Below are positions 47,603-62,600 of a stretch of DNA of 64,000 nucleotides, piece by piece. This DNA is from Phoronis australis (Eukaryota; Animalia; Phoronida): NCBI GenBank assembly GCA_002633005.1, contig NMRA01000207.1, positions 179,408 to 243,407 on the forward strand, given 5' to 3'. Positions within the stretch are counted from its first letter, which is position 1. Every line of letters starts with the position of its first letter. Under the pieces are notes generated by a model, which ran no database searches, was not told where the DNA came from, and saw nothing but the letters and a program-made list of their open reading frames with translations. Position numbers and translations under genes: made by a program.

Positions 47603-50600
47603 CATCATCATTATTTACTGCCGGACTAAAGTAACCGCGATATCAATTTACTCCTCATTGAAGCGTCTGCTTTGAGACTTATTAAATTTTGTCTGCTTTT
47701 TCATCTGATGTGAAGCGCTGGCTCTGTGATGATGACGTTGTTGTTGAAGCCTTTGTTCGTCTATTTACTGTATTGTTACATGTCATTTGTCATTGTCCGC
47801 TTCTCGATGACCTCGTATTGAGAGCAAATTTCTTCCCTGTGTTATACCAAGCTGGTACACAGACAATGAGCACTTGTATATATTCAGAAGCAAGCATCCC
47901 TATGTGGTTAAACGGCTTCCTCTGTGTATTCTAAAGCAACGGAATTGAGAATCCAAATGATCTCGGACAAATTGTGTGTTGAATACATATAATTATGTGC
48001 TGGCTACGCCCATTATTTTCTAATAAATATAATTATTGTTAATATCATCATCATCGTCATCATCATCATCATTACCATCGTCATCATTATCACTACTGAT
48101 TGTACACCGACGATAGGACATAGCAAGCAGTGTATCTCTACAACACTTGCTGAAACATTTTTGTAAATATGAGAGACCTGGCAAAGTTTAAGGGTAAAAT
48201 CCCCAACTTCAAGTTTGATGGCACAACAGTATATGTCGTCTATATAATTACGATTACCTCGAGGTTACTTTCATTCTAGAATGCTTTACTTTTGCAAGAA
48301 AAATAAGACTTCCGTTATTTTCACGAAAAAAGTCTGAACTCGCATAAAACGATAACGACATAATGATATAGAAAACTGCAACAGAGTTTTTGAGATTTCA
48401 TCTTGAATTTTTATTCTAAACATAATTTGGTCATGTTATTGATACTGTTCTGTTTTGGTAAGGTGGTCGTTTAAGAATGAATTGAAACATCGCTGTTTCG
48501 TGGCGTTTTATCACATATTTAAGCCGTGGCTCGAAATGTTATTCTTGATTGACGAGTGGCTCACGGCCGCTTAACCCCGATTCTTGTCTTGGGCCTACTT
48601 CTTTACCGAGCATGTTTGGCGCAACGACAAGTGAGCATCTTTCTTTTTTGCAAAAGTTTAACAAAAAGACATGGCCACGTGACCCAAGTAATGGCAGATT
48701 GCCAAAATTCAAAAATCAAACTCTACAGGCTTTCCAGTTGCAGCTCGCAGTAGGGGGTTCTCACACTGGTTTTGTACTCCCTCAAGAGGGATTCTGACAA
48801 AACACTATTAGGCACCCTATAAGTAAGTGAATTTCTTAAAAATACTCCTCCAAATATGAAAATCATTCTCTAAACGCGAAACGCCTGGTACATGCTAAGG
48901 TTAAAAAAGTGACCTTTTCTCGTGAAATTTTTGTTGAAAGATAGGTTCCCAAGTTTTTAGTGGCCACCTTACAGAGAGAGGGGGCCACAGAGGGTACAAA
49001 AGTTAGTTGAAGTCGAACTAGTTTGTGCACCGTCTTGATCTTTATTTTCCTACTTGCAGGCCTGTCTGAAGTTGTCGCGGCACAGTGCTGCAATACCATA
49101 CTCTCTAACGATGTGTTCTTCGTCATATTTCAATGAAACTGTTTAGTGGTCTGAGATTGTATAAAATGGGTTTTTAACAAAAGATGACTGATTTTAGGAC
49201 TTTTTTCAATTAAAGTAAATTATAAGTAAGAAAACATTGCAAAAGAAGACGTTATTTCTCGTGTACGTGTACGGAAGGCTAAGATGCAAATCATGCGTAA
49301 CCAGTAAAATATATATAGTATTTATAAAGTATAGTAAAAACTGGTGCGAGTTAGACAAACATGCGTAACAGTTGCAGTTTTCATTATTAGTTCGGGCCAG
49401 AAGGAGTCTACCCTTGATCGAGTTTTTAACCTACTTGAATTAACCGGCATTAAAACCGTGCTTTTTGACAAGAATCAAGTTTGGATTTAGGCTGCTTACC
49501 GTTATGGAGTTGGTCTCATATCGCTCTGCTACGGTATGGAGCGACTTATGCAGTTGAAAGGTCAATATTTAATAAATCTAACCACAAACCAACCACATTG
49601 TACCGTTTTGAGATAAATAATTGTAACTTTAACCAAAGCGTAAGTTTTAAAACAAAATGAAAATCATTTTCTTCAATTTGACGTTTTAGTCAAGTAAAAA
49701 ATGTTCAGGTTCTCGAGTGAATCATCATCATCATAACTAGCCTTTGTGCGGCTAAACATACAGCTTTGCGCCGATTTATTCATTAAAAAACTGAACATTT
49801 AAAATCTTCACCCGGCGAATTAGTGCTATTAACTACATGTACACTCTTCCTTGAGTAAACTAAATTATTCAATCGGGCGCTCGAGAAAAATTGTCGTTCT
49901 GTCGTTATTCTGCTGCTAAAATTGAGATGCGTTCTTTTAGGTCGGCTAACATTGGCCGGTTCCTTTTCCCCGATTCTTCAGTCAACTATTTTTCTTTTCT
50001 ACGAGGTTGTGTACATCTCACAACAATTTATCGAAACTGCATGGTTTCATATTGTTATAAATTTTAAGTATTTTAATACCAGCAAACCGAATTTCAGAAC
50101 AAATCTTGCTGCTGCGAAGTTGCCATCATCTTCCGAAAGATGTCGCAAAATTTTAGGAAATTGGGCGTGCACATGTCGTCACGAGCGCGACAGAATTTTG
50201 TTACAATAGTTCATTAGATTGTTTTACACTCAAGCGGCTGAAACCAGCAAGATGAGTACGTGTTGAATGACTCCTAAATTTTGCATGCGCCTGCGCCGGT
50301 CGCGAGCTCTACATGTTGATGTAATTTTCACGACGAGTTGACGAGCAGAACTACCCGGGTTGTCGGAAATTTCGGGCATGTCGGTACCGGCCGAAGTTCA
50401 ATAACGTAGTGCTGCCAAGCAATAGTCTTTACACAGCTAGCTGACCGGTTACGTCATAACCCGCAGTACATGTTCAGTCCCCGGCGGTCCTGTTTTGTGG
50501 AGGGGCCGTCATGTTTTTAGGTGCGTCAGTCCTGGGTGAGTCAGTCCTATTTAGAGGGCCGGCGGTCATGTTGTTTCTCTCCCGTTATAACTATAATAAC

Positions 50601-53600
50601 CAAATTCAAAATTTGTTTTTGACAGAAAATACTGGTCTAATGCCACTTGGAGTTATCAGTTTATTTGTATGCTAGCGACTGTAGCCAGTCACGTTTAACC
50701 TGCTTCAAGACTCGTCAATGTTACTTCGCTCTGAATTTCAATTCTACGTTTTCTGCAAATCACATTGATTTCCCACATCCCTAGGTGAGAAGGCTTGATA
50801 ACGGGAACCACTGGGCATTGCCCAAATGTCTATATGCCAAGTCCGCCGTTCTAATGGGAATACGGTTTCATCAATTGCTGCAGATTATTCAGAAAACATC
50901 GTTGAAACATTATGAAACATTAGGTGAATATGACCTTTATCATTGCATGAACTGATAAAACGGCAGTTAAACGAATGACGCCTAACGACAGCATTTCAAA
51001 ACAAACTGACTGAACCAATCGTATCAGTTCGTCTTTGTAAAGTACGGTACAATGCACATTACAGTTCGAGTGGTGAATAACAAAGCGTCTGCGCATGTTA
51101 TTTCATTTCTTATTCTGTTTGTATTTTGATTACAACAGTAAGTAATACGAAGAGAGAAACAATTGCCACGGCGCGAGTTGTCAAGGCGGCAGTTGTTCTA
51201 CTTCAGTCCATTTACTTGACCTTAGATCTCAAACTGAACCAGCATAAGCCATTGACACCAAGACTGTCCGCGCATGCTCACATAAACAATATCGAACGTT
51301 CAAACTACGTGGAGTGCCAGCGGATCACACTTATATATGCTACTGCCCAAGTGTAACAGAGATGTTAGAGCTTTCAGTAACGCTAGGACCTAGCTAAAAT
51401 CTAGCCAAATCCACGTGTTCTCCTTTAAAATACACGACAATATCTCTCGAACTATTGCTTTTTAGCGAGGTCCTAGCAGTACTGAACACAAGGCAGTTCT
51501 CTTATGTCTTTGTTTCTGCACATGCACTTGACCCTGGAGCAGCTGATCGAGTGCAACTTGCTGTATCTCCCTCTCAAACCAGTGTCAAAAATGACCGCCT
51601 CAGTGTCAACTTTCTGCATGTCAGTCCTGGTTACACACATACTTGCGCCCGATTAGCTGCTCCGTGGCAAGTGCGCACCGTGCAAATGAGGCTACAAACT
51701 AGACAGTTTATATAGAGACTGTTGTTGCAGATACATATCACCACACCTTCTCACAGGACACAGTGCAACCGATAACTGTTGTCTTATTACACAACATTAC
51801 ACAAATTCTAAACAAGACTCGGGACAAAGCGCATTTTCCAATATAATAGTCATAATAGGTGTGAGCGGTAGTCCCACTATAGCCTTGTTCTGGCCTCTAG
51901 CTAACGCGCAGTTGGTTTCGCGCAAATCGAAATTAAGTCAAATATCTGATTGTTTTGATATCTTTGTTTGGAAATTAACTAGCCTGAATACCGCAACTTC
52001 GCATTAAAGGAGGCTTTAGAGAATACATGAAAAAACGACGTTTTTTGTTATTTTGTAACCACTGTGTCAATAAGGAATTATTGTAATTTTCCTTTTAAGC
52101 CTGATAAACAATATAAAATGATGACACGGGCAAAATGTGTATGATAAGGTTTGTATCCGTGCTGCGCATGTATTACGAAATTGCACCAGCGCAGAATTTG
52201 TGGAGTGTCAGTTTATATACAGTAGGTGTTGTTGTGACTGGACAGCTACCAAATGAGAACTTAAAAGTAAATAACCTTTTTTGTGTAGAGGGGACTAACC
52301 TGTGTAGAGGGGACTAACATGTGACTTTGTTGGGAGGGCTAACCTTCGTCGTTGAGTAACTCAACGTTATTTTATGGATCCATAAGAGATCGGAGCCGTC
52401 TAGCCTATGCTAGAAACTAGCCAGTTTAGTGGTTTCCACGTGAAAGAGCGTGCACCTTTTCAGGAAAAAATCCGCAGTTTCTAGTTGGGCATGCAACGCG
52501 TGCTCAGAACTATGTAGAATAAAATAGGCTACCGTTACATTGCGATCTATACAGACTCCTGCACAACTGAAGAACTCTCTTGAAATAGCTAGTACGTAAA
52601 TGGCGAAAACAACGCTTGATAATAAACCTGTGCCATCAGTACGTACTATTGCTGAATTGTTTGGGTTATCCCCCAAAATCCCGGCTCCGCAGGTCAGCCC
52701 ATGCAAGAATGAAGTTAATGGATCTTATAATTTCCCATATTATAATGGTGAAAGGCTTTAATTGCAATAATGTAATGACTTGGGTTTTTTTTCTTTGCAT
52801 CGAGGGCTAACTAACTCCATGAATACTGGCCACGTGGTTAACTACGTGAACACATGGTTGATCTTGAAAATTGCCGGATTATTACTGACATCAAGAGCAT
52901 TTTTAAGTGAGCGCCAAAACTGGGCGTACGTTGTTATCACAATAAAACGAATGCAGCAGTTGTGGATATTTTGGGAATGACATGATTACAACCCTTTGAC
53001 AACCTTTCCCAAAAATATTCATTACCAGAAATGACAATCTTTTTTTAGCACAAATAATACAAAATTTCAAGACGCAAAGAGCGACAGATATTGCTCCATT
53101 ATCCCTTGCCAGAGAGGTGTCCCTGTGCATCTCATAGTCTTATTGAATTTAAAAATCAGAATAAATTTTCTCTCTATAAAGGTCAAGTACCCGTTATCAA
53201 AAGCAGAGGGAACCAAACTAAACACAAAAGCCGATCTTTAGGCTCTAACTTATCTTATTTTCTTTACTGTGTCTTTCTTTAATGCATTTGTGCCCGAATT
53301 TGTTGGTCGCCACCATGTTTCGCCACTGGCGCCTGCAAACTAGTTGAGGGGCACATGCAAACTCCCGCTTTCTACGGCCCTGCTGAAGTACTGAAGTGTG
53401 AGGTAGTTTTGGTCAGTATTGTCTTGTGTTCTTCACCTTCCCTTTCCGAATGTTGAAGGTGAGTGACCAACAAGAAGTAACCCTTTGGTATGGAATTCCA
53501 AGTCTGTCAGTTGTTGGTGTGCATAGATTTTGACACATTGACACAGAAATCTAGACTTGGATGTCTCGCTAATTCGCTTTGTGGCCGTGTGTTGAGTGTC

Positions 53601-56600
53601 CATTGTCTAGGTTTTGTTAGAGTTATTATAGTTACAGTGCCCTGATTCAGTTAAACTTTTGACTTGATCAGACAGAGATTATGACGTTCTATATACAATA
53701 TTCTATTTATTGATGTGGCGTATACTGAACCCCTCGCTAGAGCAGATCTCCCGACCCTTTAAATGTCTAAAAAGCGCGCGATCCTTCTGAAAGTGTACAA
53801 ATCATATCACCACTTGTCACCACCTTTCTTGTAGGACCTCTTTGAGGAAAAAATGTCTCATTATAATCTTCGCAATAAATCTGTGCTATGTGTGACGCAA
53901 TGTCGGTGCGCAAAGGTTAAACTAATTGTTAGTGTACGGCGCAAAACTTTGGAACTCTCTTCCCAATGAGTCCAAGTTCATGGACTTTTTAAGAATTTTA
54001 TTAAATCTTGGACAGAACCACCGTGCAGGTGCGGTCTATGCAGATTTTAAATCTGGTGTGTGTGTGTGTGCGTGCGTGTGTGTATGCGTGTATGCCATAC
54101 TTTCATGATATTTCGTCAATGTGTGTTTTCTCATTTTGTCATGTGTTTGGGTTTATTGTTTTTTTTTTCATTATTTTATTATTTATACGTTTTTATGTAA
54201 TTATCTACAGTCGGTGATATTAGCCTTTGGTTAATGTTTGTCTGTTTTGTCAAACTGACTATAAATAAAGAGATTTGATTTGATTTGATTTTATCCCAGA
54301 TGCAGTGGCCCAAATCGGCCACTAAATTCGAAATCCAATAACCCGAATAAATGTCAGTGAACATGCTGACCCGATGACAATAAATTCTGAGTTCATTCGA
54401 CGTACCTCGGTACCTGGATATTTTTCAGGGCATCGTGTTTTCACGATTGTTTCAATCATTAACTGTATTCATACTAGTCGGTGGGCCAGATTTTGTAGGG
54501 CCTCTAGAAAATGGTTTTTGTGAGTACTTTAGGGGGGCAATTTTATTTTAGTGTTTTTTAATTCATTTATTAGAGTGTTTTCAAAATCTAAAAAGTTCCC
54601 ACATATAAAGTTGCACATTTTTGAGAAATTTGAGTTTGAAGTTACCTAATAATCACCAAAGAGCTTAGTAAACTTATATTTGTAAAAACAACAGTTTTGG
54701 TGACTTTTTTGTAAAACAAGTAATATGGTCCCATCAGTGGCATTGTATTGAACAATATTACACTCACATTACTTGTTTTACTATTGTAAATTAATTGTAA
54801 ACAGTGAAATTTAAAAAATGTAAAGAGATACCTAGTGGCAAAAATGCAAACTAAGTCTGAATGTTACTAGGAAGTTATTCTGGCATTGTCAGGCAACAAA
54901 AATAACACAAAACACTTGAGACTGGGCAAAATGTGGGCCTCAATGACTAAAACATTGACTAATGATGTAAAATACAGCTTTTTTGCATAATACACCAGAA
55001 ATACGTTATAGCACAAATACAATATAGTTGAATGATCTCTGTGAATGTGCACAAAGACTGTATGAAAATAATAGATTATTCTGACAGCGTTTATCAAACA
55101 GTATGAGACAAATACATGACAATGATCAAAGTATGTACTTTCTATGACTTAATCAACAAATAAAATTAACTTTTTAATACAAAAAGGGAATAACGGGGTT
55201 GGAGGTCTATTTAGGGTTGACTTGTCAAAGAACTATCCAATGTTATGTTGTCAGTTGTCACAGCTGCACATTTCTGTACAGTTTGACCCAGCATTGCAGC
55301 ACAAACTCAGTTTCCCAGCACACATGTTCTTTTTGCACTTGCAGCGTTCATCGTTTAGTACTGTCAATGGAGATGCAGTCATTGCCATACATATTAACTG
55401 CAAAGCTCCACCGCCAAGGAGCCGACTATGGTCGATTAGAGAGGGTACAGCACTGCGCACTGGTGATTAGCCCGCAGGCAATGAAGGGTCAAAAACTAAG
55501 TCCCTGTTTGGAGGCGGGCACCATTTGGGCAAACGTTTGATCCAAAATATGTTATAATGGGCTGTGTTAATTAGAGTCAGCAAGTGAATTATTGAACACT
55601 AGCCTCAATTCACTTTCGTATCTCTTAGACGGGCACATACTACAACAGTGGGTAGCTTCAACAGTCGTTTCTTAAGATTGCCTGTCCAAATAACTTTATG
55701 CACACCAGCTTTGTGAAGAACACCTTCAAACTCTTGCTTTAGTTTTGAAAGGCAAATGACATCTCCTTGTGTTAGAAGCTTCGACCGCATCACTAACAGA
55801 AGAGTCCCACTCAGTCGTATTGCTCTTTTCACAATGGACCATCTCTCATTGCATCATGGTTGTATATGTAGACTACTGTCTAACTGTATTGTGTCTGCAC
55901 GACAGTAGTAGTAAGATTCCACTGCCTCTGCACGAATGTGCACCATGCTCACGCGTAAATGAAAGGGTCAGGTCGTATTTAATACTGGCTGCAATCCGGT
56001 ACAAGTCTAAATAATCAACCAATTCGGGTCGAGTTCATGAACTGCCTCGCGACGAGAAAAATCTAGCCAAATGCATGTGCTGTTAATGAGAATGTGCGAC
56101 GACATCTTGCGAGATCGTGCTTTTCTAGCGAGACACTAGCGTTATTGAACTCGATCCCGTTCTAGGAATTAATTCGTGCCACCTAGTGCGCTAACTAGTA
56201 AAATTCAAACGCTCAAGGCAACTGATAAACTGTGAAATCATTTTAGGAGGTGAGATTTGAATGTCGCGTGGAGATTCCCGTTCACGACACTAGAGTGTAA
56301 TTTTTGATTTGATACATGATGACATTTGTAGGTCATTTCCGAGATAACGTACTTTAGACACTTTGTGTATGCATAATATGAACGAACGTGAAAGTACAGT
56401 ACCATAGTTATAGCCACACGTAGTGAGAAGTTTGCAACAACCCCGTAACTGCTCAAGAATACAAGCTACTACTGGGCATTATCTTACTTAGACCAGGGGT
56501 GCGTTCAGTAATGCTAGGACCTACTCTAGGACCTAGCTGAAATCTAATCAACGTCACGTGTTCTCACTTAAAATGCACGACAATATCTCTCGTAATCTCG

Positions 56601-59600
56601 CGAAGTTTTGCTTTTTAGCGAGGTCCTAGCGTTACTGAACGGGAGGAAGGTCAGACATATACACATGTGGTATAATTGATGTTCAACTGTGGTGCACTCT
56701 CGTGGCAATTTGGCTTTTCTTTGTGTATGCCTCTATATCTATCAAATGCCCGATGTATTTTCATGAATGATAAATTTTCTGTTAATGAGGCGACAGGTTC
56801 CGATTGCCGGATGGATTCATCGTATTCTGCGCCTCCCGGCAAATGATCGTGTTTTATTATTTCTGCATCTTTCTTGGCGTCAAACTCTATATCCGCCAAA
56901 GCGTTTGTCATCCTGGTTATAAATATATTTTATTTTGCCTGTACCACAATATTTACTAAGTTCCTTAAGGATATGTTTGTTCCAGTTTAGAGTAGTGTGA
57001 CGTCGATTTTCGACCAAATACGACTATGGCGTCCCCTAGTGGCACTTTTCCTTTGGTAGTGGCTCTACCAAGCACGTTCCTTTGTTGTTGTTGTTGTTAA
57101 CAGAAATTGGCAAATAAGACGGTAGCACTTGCATTGTTTCAGGCGAATTGGAACTATGCCTGAGCCCTCTCAATGTCCTTTTTATAACATGACACAAATA
57201 AACACCCCTGTACAAGCGTACTGTTTCCGGTGTAGTCGTGGGAGCATTTCAACGCTTTGCGCTGCTTATCTGCCCAAATCTGTGTACACGGTGAAAATGT
57301 CCTATAGTTGGAGATCAAAGCAATGATCGTTAGGCCGGAAACAATGCACAGCCTTCCGCCAGGGATGCTCACTGGTTCATCGAGAATTTTTTAGCGTCGA
57401 AAACTATCTACGGAGATTAACGCTATCTGCGCATATGCCAACGGCAGTAATTCAACCAATCATACGCCAGTTTGAAAGTCTTGCCAGTTAAACCCTCACT
57501 TAATGTGATATAGGCTACTAGCAGTAGCTTGGCTAATTTTTTTATTTTTGTGTCGTTTCAGTGCTTGCAAAATGTCTCCGTTGTCATTGGATCAAACGGC
57601 ACGACAGTTAACGAAGATCAGTTCCTCGATTTCTCCATCGTCTTACTCCACTATGCAAGAAACGCAAAAGCAACTTGCACCGGTTCACCGAATCCGAGTG
57701 CAAATGTCTCTGTCTACGTGAACTATTTGATGACGGATCACGGAGTTTTATTAACCTCCTTCACCGAACACATGCTTGAGCACGTGTTTGACGACATGAA
57801 CCGAACATACTCCCCGTCCAATCACGACCATGACCACGACCATGAACACGAAAACGAACACAGCGAGGAGACCAAGGTAAGTAATGACGTAACAACGGCC
57901 TCTAGCGGTCAGGCAGCTTTTGCTTAGGTGTGCAGATTTCCTGGGCATTCCACGTATAAGCACAGACGATTGCACACCCGCTTTGCGTTCTCAGCTAAAT
58001 GTGTCAAAAATACACCGCATATATTTGGGAACGCTCACTTGCAAGGTTAAATCCTATATTAGATTACTTCCACCATTTGCACAGGAAATGAATCACACAA
58101 CTTATCCAAATCAAAACTTCCTAAATTCGTCACTGCACATATAGGTTTCAATCGCCTATTGAACTGTTGGTTCTCAGTACTATATATTACATGGACCGCC
58201 ATTTTGCATAGGCCTATTCTTGATGCTTGAGATGTGTAAACTGGCGTTTTCGGAGAACGTGATTATATGAATTAGCGGCACCTGATGAATCGTGACATGT
58301 TTGACCTGTATCCTCGTTCTGATTACGCGGGCCAGAAACTGGAGGTGTGGATTGGTCTATTTACGAATGACGGTTATCGATGCGTGCGCACTTCGTAGCA
58401 AAGACGTGAGATACGCGTCCTCTCGTCCGGAATCTAAAATGCGTCACGCAGACAATTGTCTGCTCGTTAAGCTGCCACTTGATTTTGGATAAATGCTATC
58501 TATGTACTCTCATCTATGAAAAGCTGAACTTCTGGCTGTTTGAAATTACCGTGCAAAAGGTAGAGGTTTTTGCAGATCGTAATTTTGCTGGTGGTGCAGC
58601 ATAGAGTGAGTCGACCTCTCTCGTTGTCCACAAAATGGCCAATTGTCCCTCTATAATGGCGTTGAGTTACGAATGTACTCGGGAATTCATATGGCGATAT
58701 TAGATTACCTGCCAATGTGCTTCGGCTCTTCTCCCGTGGCTTTTTCGCCTGCGTTGGCCAATTTCACCGAGCCCAGCAACGAAACAACAGATAAAGTCGT
58801 CGCTTGGATTAAGTCAATTTTGACCGGAAGCTTTTGTCAGTGTGGAATCGGTGAATAATTTGACAAAAACATAAACTGACATATTTTGCTGTTGTTTGAA
58901 TTGTTCTGGTCTAAGCCGATAACTTGAAGAAGTCAATCCTCCTCTAAAGTAAACCTAATATGCGGGTGGGGGGTTCTGCCGTAAAACCGGTTTTGTTCCT
59001 TTAAGGGCTGTCTGAGTATTAATACACATATGGCCCTTGGCGGGTATTTGGGCACCAACAACTAAGTGCCCGAGGAGCGTATATTTGATTGACTTTCGGT
59101 CGCAAAAACGTCATCTGCCGAACTTACAGTGTCGCCCCGGCCTATATTCGGAAATCTCCGATCAAGTTTGTTGTACTATGTATTCATTTTGCGTGAGATT
59201 TGTGGCACTGTTTTTGTTACTCAATCTACCAGAAAGCTCTTGATGTAACGGCAAGGAAATGGGATTGATAGACGAAGAATGTAATTATACCTTTTGTGAT
59301 GGAAACGAAGGAGGTATAAACTCACGTACTTCACGTGTCCAATTCTACCTCATTTGAAATTTTAGTTGTTATACAGAAATTAAAAATCGTTTGAAGCCTC
59401 GTCTGCGCTGTGCTGTTGCATATTTTATTTTTAAACTGCTCTCGGCATTCAGAAAAGATTTCGAGTGTATTCGAATTACACACAGGCAGTGTTGAAATTT
59501 ACGTGTAGGAGGAATTTTAAATATCTATTCTATTCTTTTCTTTTCTATGCAGTTTGTTATTCCATTGCAATGTATAACAGATTATCTTATTCTATTCTAT

Positions 59601-62600
59601 GCCTATTCAGTTCTGTTATTTAGGTCTGTGTCACGATGATAAGTATTGATGTCCATTACCCGCCTATTGTCAATATAACTCTCCAAAGCCACAGGTGTTC
59701 TGATTTGAGAAATAATCTCAACAATCATTTGCGCAAGTGGCCATCAATCACTAGCGATGATCTTCAACATATGTAGCTGGCATAATGATTACAAAGTAGG
59801 CACCTATTGTGACATCTTCATTGTCTTCATCAAAGTTTAAAGAGGCCTGGAACCCGATAGCAAAGTAAATTGCAATATTGGAAGTGTCTCTCTTCCACTG
59901 AAACCTGCTCGTCATGTGTTGTTAGGGTTTGTTCGTATATATTTTTTAATTTCTGTTGAGATCAAAGCATTTTCTTTTAGTTTCAAATTAAAAAAAAAAA
60001 ACAATCTGTCAACTGCTCGCCCCTCCGTTGTCTTTTCTCTCACAAGGCAAAGCACATCTTCTTATTTGGTATGGCAAAACGGACGTTGCACTTTTCCCTT
60101 ATATGAAAAATGTGACCTTAGACCCCAAGCGACTTCAAGTTACTGACTGTGAGCGCTTACGCGCATTTATCATAAATGGGACGGAGAGTGGAAATTTTGA
60201 GGTAACCACAATGTTTTTCTTTCGCACGTATTTCAAAAGTCGTGAATTTTGTGATTTTTTTCTGGAAATTTCCTCACAGGGGAAAGTGAATTACTCTGTA
60301 TTAGACGTTGCGAGATGGTACTTTCGTCAGGAATTGTTTAAAAGATATTTTTGACGAGCTTTCGCGTTCCATGGCTCTTTAAGTCGTCGACCTCGCTGTA
60401 GTCATCACTGTGACACTATCTTTATTCTTTTGAGAGTTTTGGGGTTTTAGTTGTTATTTCGATATATACAGTACAACATAGAATTTTCTCTTGCAGTGCT
60501 TTTCGCCGGCCTCTATATTTCACGACGCCGGGCTGGAGGGCAAGGATGCGACTCCTCAAAAGCTTGGCATTATTGCCTCATTGGTGGTTTATAGTCTTTA
60601 CGAAGGTATATCCTAACTTTACACTTTTACTCAAAATGTTTTGCCCTGTGTTGTTCCTTGCTTAATTTAAAGATAATGGCGTCTACGACATCTAAGTCAA
60701 ATCGCTTTCTTGGTTATTCCATTTTCGAAAATATCAAGTTGAGCACAAACAGCGCGTGCCTTACCTCATGTTTAAATGCATTGATTCCGACTGATGTCTC
60801 TTAAACTCTTGTCTTATAACATGTCTTTAAACTTTAATTTATTTCTATTAGATACAATTTAATAGCTAGATTTATTGTAGCGAATTTTAATGGTAATGGA
60901 TACTATGCGACAGCCTAATAGTAACGTAAGGAGACCAGGCGTAAATTAGACAGACGATTGTTGCTTACCTGACGCCCTTCAAACAAGCCTCTTTTGGGGA
61001 CAGACGATTTTTCTCGTTCTATACTATTGTTCGCGGAAGCTGGTTCTCTTATTTGGAAACAAATCAGATAATTTGATTGCTCCGCATGGAAGGGGATCCT
61101 ATTAGACTCTAAAGTTTACGTTACCGAAACCCAAACCAAAAACAATGGCGAGAATTGCACAGTGAGCAACTTTGGGATGATTTCGCTCACACGAGGGCGC
61201 TGCCACCAACTCAGAGATCGCATCAGCGGTCAGTACCAATACGGCATCAACTCGATTGTGTTTCCACTTGTTCGATTAAAGGTGTAAATATGTTCCATTG
61301 CAGCAGGTTAATGGAAGCACACAGTTTACTCACTAATAATTATTGTACAACAAATTCAAGGGCCAACAATGTCCCTTGTCGACCACCACCGCATACATTG
61401 TTTTTGGACTTTTCGTATGAATCGTTGCAAAAAGTTGAGTCATAAACTGGTAAAAGATATTGTATGCTCCTGACCCCCTACCCCTCTCACAGTTTCATCG
61501 GAAACTTTATTCACGATGTTACTGTTTTTTTATTTGGTGTTGAACGTTGCATAATTATCCAGTGTTCGTCTTCCACCTATATACTATTATCAGCAAAAAT
61601 AAACACCAGCAATACTGTTTGCGCCCTACCAAAGCCCGTTAGTGCCAGAAAATATAAAAATTGAATCTTCTGTTATGGATTGAATATCCGTAAGTACATA
61701 TTGGTTAGCTTTGATTATGAGTGGAAGAAATCTACAAGGAGGGATGTTGCAAATTCAAAATTACTGGCAACTGGGCGGGGTGAAGGGAGTATTTGGAGAA
61801 GATATCAGAGCCAGTAGTAAAAGTGACTGAGTTTGGATGCACACTTCCCTGTGGCTAGCAAAATATATTGAAGCACCCTTACATTTCCAGGTCAAAAGAT
61901 AGGTTCCTGCCCGTCAAAGAATGAAGCCCTACAGAAACTGTTTAAAGGAAACCTGTTTCATCTTCTCGGAATTGAAGAGAATAAAACAACATTGACTTCT
62001 GCAGGTGAGTTCAGTTTGTCACGGATGCTTCACATTCGCATCACAACTCATAAAAGTCACTCACGACTGCGAAAGGACGGCACATGACTTTTTCCTATGG
62101 TGATCGACGCATGACCCAAACAATGCTGGCTTTAAAACCATTGTTTTGGAATGAAACTCTCTGTTTTTGGTTTTTAATACGGCGAGTCATCGTTCCTAAC
62201 CACACACGCCCAGAATGGAGGTCGTTAGTTATTTCAAAAAGAATTTTCGTCTCCACTAACTTGATTTATTCAATTTTGAAATGTAGATGTGCGACAGCTG
62301 TAGAGACGGAATATCTGCCTATACAACATAGTAAGCGAACCAAAAAAGACAAGAATGCTATCGATAGCAATGAAAATGATGGATACATAGTAATTATTAA
62401 TCTCTGGAAAAAATCTCATGGTGTCCTTGCCTAGCCTCCGTACAAAACAAATTGTCAAGCTGAAGACAAAAAGAACAATTTATTCAGGACTGCGTTCTGT
62501 CATCCTTTGTCCTATCAGGGACGAATATGTTACTCCAGTCAAGCGTGTAAGATCACATGCTTCTCTTGTATTACAAATAAAATGTGCGAGACAAATGGCC

